Of a stretch of 64,000 nt of DNA, positions 1-11,731 are shown piece after piece (within the stretch, counting starts at the first letter, position 1; the number at the start of each line of letters is the position of its first letter). The DNA is taken from assembly GCA_977020255.1 (NCBI GenBank), contig CDROCS010004773.1, forward strand, positions 1 through 64,000, given 5' to 3'. The DNA is from Obrimoposthia wandeli. Taxonomy: Eukaryota. The notes under the pieces were generated by a model. It made no database searches and was not told where the DNA came from. It saw nothing but the letters and a program-made list of their open reading frames with translations. Made by a program: the position numbers and the translations under genes.

Positions 1-299
1 TCTGTATAGAACTTACCAAAGTGCTTAGAATTTTATATATATTTTTAGAAATACGTACATAAACGTATTCGATATATTAGTCCACGTGAATTACAAAATG
101 TCACAACTAATTTCTACAGTAGAACAAGTTGTTTTTTTCTCGAATACAAAGAGGCATCAATCAAATACCTTCAGATGCGTGAGATTAGAAACTATATAAC
201 ACTAAGTAGGCCATTCGCTTACAGAACCGTTCTATCGAACTACGTTGGGGCCCTCCGCACATAAGAGGATCTGTACCAAGTTTCGTATGAAAACTAACA
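1..299 (+). repeat. 3' end of the 5' LTR of copy A
   Basis: Aligns with 21870-22173 and 62550-62857 (e.g. gttggggccctccgcacataagaggatctgtaccaagtttcgta), with many indels. Confidence 0.85.
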
Positions 300-339
300 T
301 ATAAGTGATTGCCGGAAGCAGGATGTCAATCCGGACACA

Positions 340-1440
340 GCGATTCCGTGGAATAGTTCAAGATATTGAGAATAAGTTTCAAAATTAAATAGAATAAGTT
401 CAGATAAGTTTCAGACAATTGAGAATAAGTTTGGGTAAATAAAGAATAGAGATTGATGTCAGAATAAGTTTACAGATATTAAGAATAAGTTTCAGATATT
501 GAAGACAAGTTTCAAGATAAATTAAGAATAAGTTTCAGATAAATTGAGAATCGTTTGTAGAAGAATATAGACGAGTGAATAAGTTTCAGAAGGAAGATAT
601 AAACAAATTTCACAGAATAGTTTCAGAAGAAGATGCAAGTAAATTGAGATGAAATTGGTAGTGTTGAGAAATCAGTAGATTTGTTCCTCGAAGTTAAAGA
701 ATTTGATAAGAGGTGTTGAGAAATCAAGTAGATTTGTTCTAAAGTTAAGAATTCTGATGATGTTGAGAAATCGAGTAGATTGTTCCGCCGAGTTAAGAAT
801 TTGATGAGGTGTTGAGAAATCGAGTAGATTTGTTCCTCGAAGTTAAGAATTTGATGATGTTGAGAAATCGAGTAGATTTGTTCCTCAATTAAGAATTTGA
901 TAAGGGTGTTGAGAAATCAGTGATTTGTTCCTCAAGTTAATTTAGTAAGTGTTGAGAAATCGAGTAGATTTGTTCCTCGAAGTTAAGAATTTGATAAGTG
1001 TTGAGAAATCAGAATTTGTTCCTCAGAAGTTAAGAATTTGATGATGGTGAAAATCGGTAGATTTGTTCCTCGAAGTTAAGAATTTGATAGAGTGTTGAGA
1101 AATCAAGTCGTTTGTTCCTCGGAAGTTCTAAAAAATTTGATAAGTGTTTGAAATCGGTAGATTTGTTCCTCAAGTTAGAATTTATTGAAATGTTGAGAAA
1201 TCAAGTAGATTTGTTCTCGAAGTTAAAATTTTGATAAAGATATTTGAAATCAGTGCGATTTGTTCCTCGAAAGTTAAGACATCAGTGTTGAGAAAATCAA
1301 ATGGTGTTCCTCGAAGTTAAGAATTTGATACTAAGTGTTGAGAAATCGAAGACTAGATTTGTTCTCAGTTAAGAATTTGATAAGTTTTGAGAAAGTCGAG
1401 TGGATTTGTTCCTCAAAAAGAATTCAGTAAATTCTATAAG
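340..1440 (+). repeat. 5' leader tandem arrays (~20-bp unit, then ~49-bp unit), degenerate
   Basis: Noisy copies of gagaataagtttcagatatt and gaatttgataagtgttgagaaatcgagtagatttgttcctcgaagttaa. Clean versions at 62913-63960. Confidence 0.85.
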
Positions 1441-1891
1441 TGAGAATCGAGTGGATTGATACTCGAAGTAATTAATTGAATAAGTTAAGTCGGGAGACTA
1501 TTGTCATAAAACTAATTAAAAAGATAAAAATCATCGCTGAGTGATAAGTGAAGAGAGATCAGGTGGATTGATACTCGAAGTAATTAATTGAATAGGTTAA
1601 ATTAGGAGACTCTGTCCTCAGGCTAATTAAAGAGATAAAAAATCGTAAAATAAATTGTGAAATAAGATAAAAATAATAAGTAAATCGTAAACGAATACAT
1701 AAGTGAACAGACAACGAATAAATAAGACCACGTACTAATACTGAAGACAAAGTCAAATTCTGAGGAAGAGATAAATAATAATAAAGTTAACCGAATTGAA
1801 CAGGTTCCCAAACAGATAACAAAGTAACCAGAAAAGACTAGGAGTCGAAACGTATCAGAAAGAGACGTAAATCAATCAGCAGTTTCAACCG

Positions 1892-3260
1892 ATGGACAAT
1901 AGTTTTGATCTGACTGAGTTATTTCAGTGACATAAACCCAGAAGAAATTGATGATCTTGAGTTCAAACCAGAAGAAGTGAAATTGCCAATCAGTAGTGAT
2001 TGAAGAAGTTCAAGTAAATAATATTGAAGAATAGTTGAAGAAGAAATAGCTGAAAATATGGCTCACCCACAGGAGCTCAAGTAGATAATAATGCAGAAAG
2101 AAATAATGTGGTGACATGAATGCCGAGCAGTTGGCACAAGCTTTAAACGTCGTTGAGACCCAATTTTTCAGGATCATTGCAGATTACAAAGTTTTAAAGG
2201 AGATGAGGAGAGTATTTGTGACTTCCTCGCAGAATATTCGAGTTGTGCAGATGTTCAAGGATGGAGCACGATAAAAGAAAAATGTGTCGAGTACAGGCAT
2301 TTAACCGAGGGATTTAACGCAGGGAAGTGTATAAACATTTGACAGAAGCAGGAACGTTTAGACTGACAACGTTGGAAAATGCTTTTTATTGGAAATTGAG
2401 TAGTAGGAGACTTAGCCAAAATAAATAAGCGACTCATATGAGAGAACGGAAACAGAAACATGATGAGGCGTGAATGAATACATATGTTTTGAAACCTTTA
2501 CCAAGAGCGTACCCAAGAAGAATAATGAGAACTCCAGAAGGAATTACCAATAGCTCAAAAAGCACAAAATGACCGGAACCAAAATGAAATAGAGGTTTTG
2601 TTAGATATATTTGGGAGGATTGAGATATTAAAGTGTTATAGTATCAGTTACAAATGATTTTTACATTAATAAGTGCGAGGCGAGGAGATTGAAAAATATC
2701 AAATAGTGGCAATCTACTGTGGCTGCGGTGACGACGATAAAAGCAAGGTATTTGTGGGCAAAACAAGAACCGGTAATTTTCAGAATCAGTATGGACAAAA
2801 TAAGTTCGAAAAGTAGGTGGTCAGTAACTTGGAAATAGAGATAATTTCCCAGTAGAAGATCTGAATGATTCGAGGTAAATAATGGTGAGTCGTGGAACAG
2901 AATCGAGATGATTCAGAGGTAGAAATAATGATTCGTGGAATAGAAATGAAGAGATGATTTCAGGAATAGATTTAATGAGATAATTCAGATAACCGCTTGG
3001 AGAGACGATAGGAATTATAACCAACAGAGGGAGAGCAGTGACTCTCGATTTGGAAATAGCCTTTTCCCGGAAATAGTGACGGAAGATTCAGCCAATCGAG
3101 AAGCGGTTTTCCGAAATGATTTTCAGGGACGCTATGATAATGAACGAATGATCGTCAGTACAGTTCGAAGATGAACAAAATAGATAAGATATTCGAAGGA
3201 GAATAATGGTACACGTGTAGAAGCGAAGTGGGGTCACTATTCAGAATTGGGAACTAACAG
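1892..3260 (+). pseudogene. gag: gag-like region (frameshifted as read)
   Basis: Manual translation gives FKGDEESICDFLAEYSSCADVQGWST (~2190-2270), a Gypsy capsid-type motif, and a broken CCHC knuckle (YTC..E.GHYSR) at ~3205-3250. Confidence 0.6.
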
Positions 3261-5499
3261 ATTGGTAATTTCAGTAATAATAATTTTGAAATATTTATAG
3301 AGGATATATTCACACTACTTGGCAGGAATGAGGTGAGTGAGATATACTCCACAATAATGGAGACCAGCGATAATCCAGTATACAGATAGACAACAGTCAC
3401 CAGGTAGATACAATAACTATGCAGACCAGAAGACAGCAAGGAGCTGAGAGATACAATAATTACGTAGGACAGCAAGGAGCTGAGAGATATAATAATTCCG
3501 GTAAGATATAATAATAATAATGTCGACAAGACGACGATGATCGAGAGTTCACTTCGAAATAAAGAAAGGAAATTTTTAGTTATGTAAGCGATGACAGTGA
3601 TAAAGATCGAGACCAACTCGACGCGAAATAGATTTTGAAGAAGATAGTGATGATAAATTTAGGAACGAATGTTTAAGAATAATCAAAAAGATTCACCACA
3701 CAAAGATGGCTTGTGAGTCATCTACGTTGTCAGGAAACAAGAGAATCACACTCGAGAGATGAATGATTGTGAATAAAATACTGAGGAAGCGTATGAGACA
3801 CTTATTTAAACGTGTAACGCAGCCTATGACTGATCCGTAAGAAATGCTACGAGGTGTAAACATCATGGTGTTAAAGCTAAAGGAAACGATTGAATCAACT
3901 TAGTGAATGAAACAAAATTTGAAGCTCAAGAGTTTGGCCAAATTGCAAACAATTAAGTACCGATTGGAAGAAGTGCAGGCAGAATTAGTGGTTAAACATA
4001 GTCATGATAACTTGGGGTTACAGAAACAACCGGACGCTATTGAAGAGTTATGGTCGTTATGTGCAGAATCAAAACCAAAGGAACGATGAAAATTTCATAC
4101 AGTTAATTTCGGACAGATAATACATGAAAAGAAACTTAACGTGTATCAAAAACCGTTGAAACGATTCGAAAAAATTAGCCGAGAAACTTGAGGTGATGGA
4201 ATCAGATATGTTGTTCCATTATAGGGGAGATCACTAGACGATGAGGACGTACCAGTCAGTGTGGATATCCGATGAGGAAATGGTTGATGTCATCACTGTG
4301 GGACGGCGTCAAGAGTTAATGGGTAATGAAGAAGGGGATTAACCGAGATATTGAATTCTGCGTTAGAAATGATAAAAAACGCCTATAGAAATTTTACTAG
4401 ACAGTTCAAGCGAAAGCGGAGATAATGATGTGGCTACAGGCTTGGAATTAGAACATCACACAGAACCAGTACGGCGTAGCTGAATTACAGACATCTGGTT
4501 GAAAATGGGTTGACAACTCCGGTGGTCGAGGAACACAGAACCAGATATAATTCAATCCAGACAAGATGAAGTCACGGATACAGCTAATCAAGCGAGACAA
4601 AAAACCTTGTGGCAACTAGTAGGAAGACAGAAATCTCCGAATTATATTTAGATTCTGAATTTGGCATGCCGCATACAAAAGATGAACAAAGCAGAGCCAG
4701 ATGATGCGACAAAATGAAGAAGAGATTGGCCATGAAGAAGGACCAAGTCACGGAGATACAGTATGGCCAGTGAAACATGATCCAGGAAGAGAGATGAAAC
4801 TGAGTATCAGTATTTTCAGAAGAGGACCTGGAAGACCTAGAAAGAAGGCAAGTATATTACAGAGAGAAAATGTTCAACTGCACCCTGCAAACTGATGAAA
4901 GAGACATCTGATTGGACAGTTGGCACGTCATTGAAACGAAACATAGTGCAGAGAATGAAGATGATATCAGAGGTGATATGAATTCGGAAACTCAGTATTG
5001 TAAAGAATATACTTACGGGGAATTCTGCTCGGAAACAACAAGTGAAGCCGAAGTTGTTTAAAAACGCAGAGATGAAACAACCATTTGATATAACAGACAG
5101 TTATTCTAAAGCAGTCAGATGCAGATGTCTGCGGTAAAGAGATGACCGCGAGATCATGTGCCATTGCATCGATAGATAGATTTTATGACCTGGTGAGGGG
5201 TTTTAGCGAGACTATGTAAAACCAGACTAAATAAAGTTAATTACAGCGATGCATATCTATGATGACCAATTGACGGAACGAACAGCTAACCTCACGAAGT
5301 CAAACAAGGAATAAATGAAGCAAACCTGTATTTGATCGAGAATGTATTGAAAGACGAATCGACGAAAATGGAGGTTGGAAAAAATTAAGTGACTACGCTA
5401 AAACCATTGTGGAAATGAATGAAGACGATGACGAACAATGTCATGAGAATCGAAGATAAATCAAAGAGAAAATAAAACAATACCGTCAGAAAGAGAGAA

Positions 5500-7433
5500 A
5501 CAATCAACCCAAATATAATCACAACAATGATGATGATGAGTGTTAGTAATGTTCATGGGAATGCAACAGGCATCAGGATTGATAGCACTTTTAGCAGCAT
5601 ACCAAAGAAGATGGGACAAAAGTATTCACTGCTTGACAGCGAAGACTGCCATCCAGAATCACAACCGTCAAAATTAGAAGTTCAAGGTGTTGAAAACTTC
5701 TTTTGTATTATCAGGATGTTGGCCATAAAGTACAAGTAGAAGTGAAAGAATATGTTTCAATCCATTCAAGTTATCACGGAATTCTATTGTGGCCATAGAA
5801 GTTTTATGTCGGAAATCACACTACCACACCGTACAAAGCACATAAGGTTTTGCCGAGAGATTGCAAAGGCATTTCGAACGGGAACGATAGAAGTGAACAA
5901 GAATTACAAACCTGAAGTAAAATTGGGAGTGAGACGATACGAAACAGTCGAGAGTCAGTTAACCGATGGAGCTAGATGGATCTTGTGACGGAGAAACAAA
6001 AAACGTGCGTGGGACCAAAGTATCTGAGATAGTAAAGGATAAAACTTACAAAATCGAATTAAAAACTTGGACCGCCAATTTTGATAAAAGACACAACTAA
6101 TGATGAAGTATCCAGAATGTAAAATGACAATACATCTTGTTTTACGAGCGAATCCACAATTGTCATGAAGTGAATCGAAGCAATGCTCTTAGTATTTTGA
6201 AAGAGATTAATAGTTTAATAAAATAAAGGATTCCTGTATAATAGAGATGGAGAAGGGTTCTGTATAATAAAGTTGGAAAAGGATTGCTAAATGAAACAAG
6301 ACCAATTCCAATGACAAAGACACTTTTCTACACTGTTAATGGCAACATCAATAGAAGAAAGGATTGATATTTATTAAAAAAGAAAACAAAGCGCGATGCC
6401 AGGAATGCTATTTTATGCCTATCCAGGAATAGTTTTGTCCAAAGAAGCAATAGCACTTGGCAGAAACCAAGCTAGGCAAACCAAAAAATGCAGCTACACA
6501 CGTATTTTAATAATAAAATTGATTTCTATTATCATAAAGGATTGATGCAAATGGAACAGATTATATCGGATGATGATCGAAAGAGATTGCCAGCTAAACA
6601 AGAGATCGTAAGAACAAAGTTAGCATTAGCTATTACGAATCAGACATGGTAGCACCATTATTACCCTTGGATGAAGGAGTATTTGCTAAAACCATGGGAG
6701 AAGTATTGTATACTTACAAGTGTAATAAAGTAGAGGTACAGTTGAGAAAAACAGATCGATGTACGAGTGAATTGGCAGTAACGTATAATTTAAAAGATCT
6801 TTTTTGTTGAACCAATCACGAGAATGTTACTTCAAAAGACACTCAACTAAAGAAATCAGCTGCTCTAATATAATGGCACCTGAATATCAGATGACGAATG
6901 ATCTATGGATAACGTTACCTGATCGGAAGCCAACGAAACCCAGCATGATAAGAATGACGAATCTTAAGGTAAATGAAATTCAAGCAGCGGTGTGAAAATA
7001 TGGAGAACGCAGGATTGTACAATGAAAAGATTTAAAAGCGGCGTGGAACGAAATAATGTTTCCAGTAAGAAGAGCCAGAGTACTTACGGAGATGGTACAT
7101 CGAAACGCATTACCGCCAGGAGCTGGATATGCGAATTTCGATATGTTATTATCGCCAAGTCATTTCAAGGAAGCAGCATCAAGGCACTTAGAAAATGTGG
7201 AAATTCTTGTTTTTGGACAATTATTTTCGGGTATCATAGGTATATATATTATAATTAAATTTGTGCAGGTAATTATGGCCCAGGTGTTGTCTACGTATAG
7301 TTTATACAGGATAACAGGAATCACCCATGCAACTTATAATTGGATGTTTTCCATTTTATATCTAATGCACTATCATCACGAGAACGAGTTGCGAGCCCTC
7401 AAGAAGGAACAACACAAACGAGAACCATGGTGA
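5500..7433 (+). pseudogene. env: Env-like fusion glycoprotein resembling chuvirus-type G (frameshifted as read)
   Basis: Fragments SLLDSEDC, EFYCGHRS, LLPLDEGVFAKTMGEVLYTYKCNKVEVQLRKTDRCTSELAVTY, EPITRML..C..MAPEY..W, then a C-terminal hydrophobic block FGQLFSGIIGIYIIIKFVQVI. Family assignment is from motif recall, not a search. Confidence 0.7.
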
Positions 7434-7759
7434 TGCGAGAACCAAGAAACTATCTGAGACGACAACGACGACGATAATGATAGTCCAGGAGTATATGCAA
7501 AGATACCAGGAAAACCAAAGATTCGTTACCAGACAAGGAAGAAGTGGCGTTAAACCTATCCCATCAATGAAGGAACTAAGGAGGAGGAGAAGGAAAGAAG
7601 TTCAAGAGAGGAAAAGCATCGCAATACATAAAGATGATAGGAGAAGGCCTAAAAGAGTGAGCTACAGTGAAATTCCACAAGCAAGAGGAAAAAGACAAAA
7701 AAGATAATTCCAGAAGAATTCTGAAGTCTAGGATATCAAATGAGAATCAGGTAATGCTC

Positions 7760-8085
7760 CACCACAAGTAGCAGTAACATTGAACGGAAGAGAATACCTT
7801 GCCGAAGTTGATACCGGATCTGCAGTATCAGTACTGAGTAAAGAAATCTTCTCATCAAAAGAATTAAGAAGTATGTCTAGAAAACAGACATTTGTTAACG
7901 TGAATGGTACAGATGTAGTGTCGGAAGGAACACTGAAATGTTCATTGAATATCGATGGAAGAAACATTGCAGTTAAATGCTAGAATATTCACAGATTGCG
8001 GAAGTCAGTCATGATTGGGATGGACGTAATACGAATGTTTGAAGGAATAATTATACTACCAAACAACAAGAGTTATAAAGAATGA
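7760..8085 (+). pseudogene. Retropepsin-like aspartic protease 1
   Basis: VTLNGREYLAEVDTGSAVSVL...VNVNG. After one in-frame TAG (7981-7983) the frame continues NIHRLRKSVMIGMDVI (xIGxD motif). Confidence 0.8.
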
Positions 8086-8259
8086 CAGTTCAAAGTGAGA
8101 GAGATAAAAATGTTGAGAGGACCCATAGTCGAAAAAGGAAAAATGCACTACGTTCCGTATGGGAGGTTCAATACCCAGACAGAAAACAGGAAGCGCTAGT
8201 AAAGTCGATACTTCACTACAAAAATGTAAATTTCGGACCACAAGCTACGACGAGGAGAA

Positions 8260-9320
8260 AATAACATATGTGAATTTGTCAGAAAAAGATCCCATGAGAT
8301 TCGAGAGAAAGAGACGAAATATATTAGAACAGTACTATTCAAAGGAATGGCACGTAAAATGGCAAGATCAGGTTTAGAAATGTTAAACGCGACAAGTAGT
8401 TATGGTCATGAGGAAGTAGTACGATGCGTATGGTGTAGAGTAAAGTTCAGAGAATGGGAAAAGAATGAAAAAGCAATGAGACGTCATAAAAGAGATGCAC
8501 CAAATTGTCCATTTCTTTTGAAACTGAAAACGTCAAACGTACCAGAAATCCAAACAGGGAAAAGCACCCGATTTCGATTACAGTGACAGGGATTCCAAAG
8601 GAGAATCAGCTCTAATAACAGGAAGAGTAATAACGAATAGTCAATTGAAGATATATTCGAAGTTATGCGAGAAGTGAACGAATGTGACGAACAATATCGA
8701 GAAGTAACTTTCGAAGATCCAAGACTTAAAAAAATTGGCAAAAAGGGACTTTTTGCTATAAAAAAGGATGGTAAAGACGTAATTAAATGCCACAAGTGTA
8801 AAAAAGAACGAATTATCGACAGATATACTCTTGAGCTACCTAAATTTTACATCATGAATTTTTGCGAATTTTGTACTTTTTAAAAACAAAATAAAGCAAA
8901 AAAGAACAGAAAACAGAATGTATAATCGAATACCAAAATCACACGAAAAGAGATTTTGGCTCAACAAGACACACCGGTAGTGTCATTCGTGAGAAAAGGT
9001 TATATCCAAAAGAAGCAGAAAGAATCAGAGAATTGGTAGAATTAAAAAATAAAAACTACGCGAAACGGATACGGATCGATTTTTGAATTACTGCGAGATA
9101 AAGATGACAGTACAATTGAAACAAAAGAGAAGAGTACATAAATGAATTAGAATACGTACTAGAAAAGATCCGGAATGCGCAGTTTGCATGGTCAACAAAA
9201 TAGAAGTTGCCTTTCTACCATGCGGACATGTAAGAACATGTCGGAGATGTGCGAAATGAAATGGTATCATGTCCAATTTGTCGAAGAATAATAGATCGAC
9301 AAGTGAGAAACATTAGATTT
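8260..9320 (+). pseudogene. Inhibitor of apoptosis (BIR + degenerate BIR + C3HC4 RING)
   Basis: ORF 8347-8586 has the canonical BIR spacing C-x2-C-x16-H-x6-C (CVWC...H KRDAPN C). 8665-8883 has R.VTF...GLF..D.IKCHKC. 9175-9290 gives CAVCMVNKIEVAFLPCGHVRTCRRCA//CPICRRII. Confidence 0.85.
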
Positions 9321-9384
9321 CACTATCCAAACAAAGGGAAGTGGACTGACAGAGTGTAATAATTCGATAAATACAATATACCAT

Positions 9385-10176
9385 ATGGGAAACATAAATG
9401 GAGCACAGCGACCAGCAGCTATCATTAGAGTAAATAATTTAAGAGTAAAAGCCTTAATTGATACAGGTGCTGTAGCTTCGATAGTAAGTGAAGACTGTTT
9501 GACAGAGGAACAGAAACGAACAATGGCAGAACCAGATGAATTCTTGGTATCGGTCAATGGAGACCCTGTAAAAGTGACGGGAATATTACCATGTACATTT
9601 ATAATTGGACGTAATACGATCACTATACCAGTTAGAATCATGAAAGAATGTCCTGAACCTACAATTTTAGGAATGGATGTATTATCACAACTCAAAGGGA
9701 TAAGTATTGATTTACAAGATCCAAGATTGAAGGATAGCACATCAAACAGACAAATAAACCAAATTGATGTAATTATAGAGAATCCTATAAAAATCGGTAA
9801 AAGATCACAATTTCTCATTCAAGGTCACACATTATCAGAAGATAAAGGACCAGTTGTGTTCGAACCATCACGAGATTTCATAGAGAAATACGAATTACCA
9901 GTTGTGAGTACAGTATGCCTGATCGAAAACCACAAAATACCAGTTAGACTGATGAATACAACCAACAATGACATCCTATTATACAGAGGAATGAGGTTGG
10001 GAAAGATAGTACAAATGGAGAATCCCACCGTGTGTGCTATGAAACTCGATAAAGATACGAATGATTACGAAGAAATAGTAATCCAATCAGAAAGACTGAC
10101 AACTAGAGAAAAGAAACAATTACTTGATCTAATACATAAATTTCCGAAAGTAATTGCAAAAATCCATATGACATAG
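9385..10176 (+). CDS. pol: Pol N-terminus: retropepsin 2 plus spacer
   Basis: ALIDTGAVASIV and PTILGMDVL motifs. Confidence 0.9.
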   Translation: MGNINGAQRPAAIIRVNNLRVKALIDTGAVASIVSEDCLTEEQKRTMAEPDEFLVSVNGDPVKVTGILPCTFIIGRNTITIPVRIMKECPEPTILGMDVLSQLKGISIDLQDPRLKDSTSNRQINQIDVIIENPIKIGKRSQFLIQGHTLSEDKGPVVFEPSRDFIEKYELPVVSTVCLIENHKIPVRLMNTTNNDILLYRGMRLGKIVQMENPTVCAMKLDKDTNDYEEIVIQSERLTTREKKQLLDLIHKFPKVIAKIHMT

Positions 10177-10199
10177 GAGAAACACCTGTCATAAAACAT

Positions 10200-10970
10200 A
10201 CAATACCACTGACAGAAGACAAAGTAGTCAGAAGAAGACCATATCGAGTACCATTACAATTACAAGATGAAGTAAAAGTCAGATCGAAGATATGTCTAAA
10301 ACAGAGTAATTAGACCGAGTTTTCGCCATTCTCAGCACCTGTGGTGTTGGTAAAAAAGAAGGATGGGAAAATGAGATTCTGTATAGATTTCAGAGAACTG
10401 AACAAGATCACAAGAAAAGATGTGTATCCATTACTAGAATCGAAGAGATGCTCGATAAATTGGGTAATTCAGATTATTTACGACATTGGATTTGCAGAGT
10501 GGATACTGGCAAATCGAGATAGAGGAAGAGGATAAACACAAAACAGCCTTTTCCTGCGGAGATGGATTGTACGAATGCGAAAAGATGCCATTCGGACTGA
10601 CAGGAGCTCCAGCAACATTTCAGCGTTGCATGAATTTTGTACTCGCATCGTGTGCAAACACGATGGTTTATATTGATGACATAATAATATTTTCGAAAAC
10701 GTTCGAAGAACATTTAAAAAATCTTGAAGTTGTATTTAAAAAAGACTGGAAAACGCTAAATTAAAAGTTAAACCTACAAAATGCGAATGGGCTAAAGAGC
10801 GAGTAACATTTTTAGGACATATAGTATCGAAAGAAGGCATTCGACCTGATCCAGCAAAGATCGAGAAGTAAAAGCATTTAGCGCCAAAGACTGTTAAGGA
10901 GATACAGAGTTTTTGAGGTCTTGCGAATTATTATAGACGATTTGTTGAACATTTTTCAGATATAGCAACA
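10200..10970 (+). pseudogene. pol: Reverse transcriptase (frameshifted as read)
   Basis: [55 protein letters not shown]. Confidence 0.95.
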
Positions 10971-10973
10971 CCA

Positions 10974-11711
10974 TTGAGAAAGTTGACGAGAAAAGATGAG
11001 AAGTTCATATGGGGAGAAGAAGCCCAACAAGCGTTCGAGCATTTAAAAGAAAGACTGATAAAAGCACCAATATTAGCGTTTCCAGATATAAACCGACAAT
11101 TCATACTCATGACAGATGCAAGTAACTATGCTGTAGGAGCAGTATTGGGACAAGAGGATGACGAAGGAAGAGAACACGTCATCGCGTATGCGAGTAGAGG
11201 ATTAAACAGAGCCGAAAGAGGATACTCTGTTATCGAAAAGGAATGTCTAGCCATAGTGTATTCATGTAGACAGTACAGACACTACTTGCTAGGACAAAAA
11301 GTATTCCTATATACAGATCACAAACCACTACAGTTCTTGTATAAACATAGAGATGAGATGAGTAGATTAAACAGATGGTTCCTAAAATTAGCCGAATTCG
11401 ATCTAGAAATCCGTTATAGAACCGGAAAGTCGAACGGCAACGCAGATTGTTTATCGAGATTGACAAATGTAGACGAAAAAGGAAACATAATTCCAGAAGA
11501 AGATGAAACCAATGACCAAAAAGGAGAAGCAAATCTACTGACGATTTTGCTAAAGACGGGTAAAATAGACAAAGAGATCATCAAAGAACAGAAAGAAGAT
11601 GAAGAACTGAGTCTAATCAAAGAATTGTTGGTGAAAGGAGATCTAAACGATGAAATGACGAAAAAATACTCGATAAAAGAAGGAATCTTGTATATAATGT
11701 CGGAAAGATAG
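10974..11711 (+). CDS. pol: RT connection + Ty3/Gypsy RNase H
   Basis: LMTDASNYAVGAVL, YSVIEKECLAIV, YTDHKPL, NGNADCLSR. Confidence 0.95.
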   Translation: MRKLTRKDEKFIWGEEAQQAFEHLKERLIKAPILAFPDINRQFILMTDASNYAVGAVLGQEDDEGREHVIAYASRGLNRAERGYSVIEKECLAIVYSCRQYRHYLLGQKVFLYTDHKPLQFLYKHRDEMSRLNRWFLKLAEFDLEIRYRTGKSNGNADCLSRLTNVDEKGNIIPEEDETNDQKGEANLLTILLKTGKIDKEIIKEQKEDEELSLIKELLVKGDLNDEMTKKYSIKEGILYIMSER

Positions 11712-11731
11712 TAGTAGTAATTCCGAAGTCA

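Noticed and set aside
1-299. Dating copy A from 5'/3' LTR divergence
   Set aside because: The divergence is indel-rich and probably sequencing error.
9770-10050. dUTPase after PR2
   Set aside because: No dUTPase catalytic motifs; it resembles the ordinary beta-rich PR-RT spacer of many Gypsy elements.
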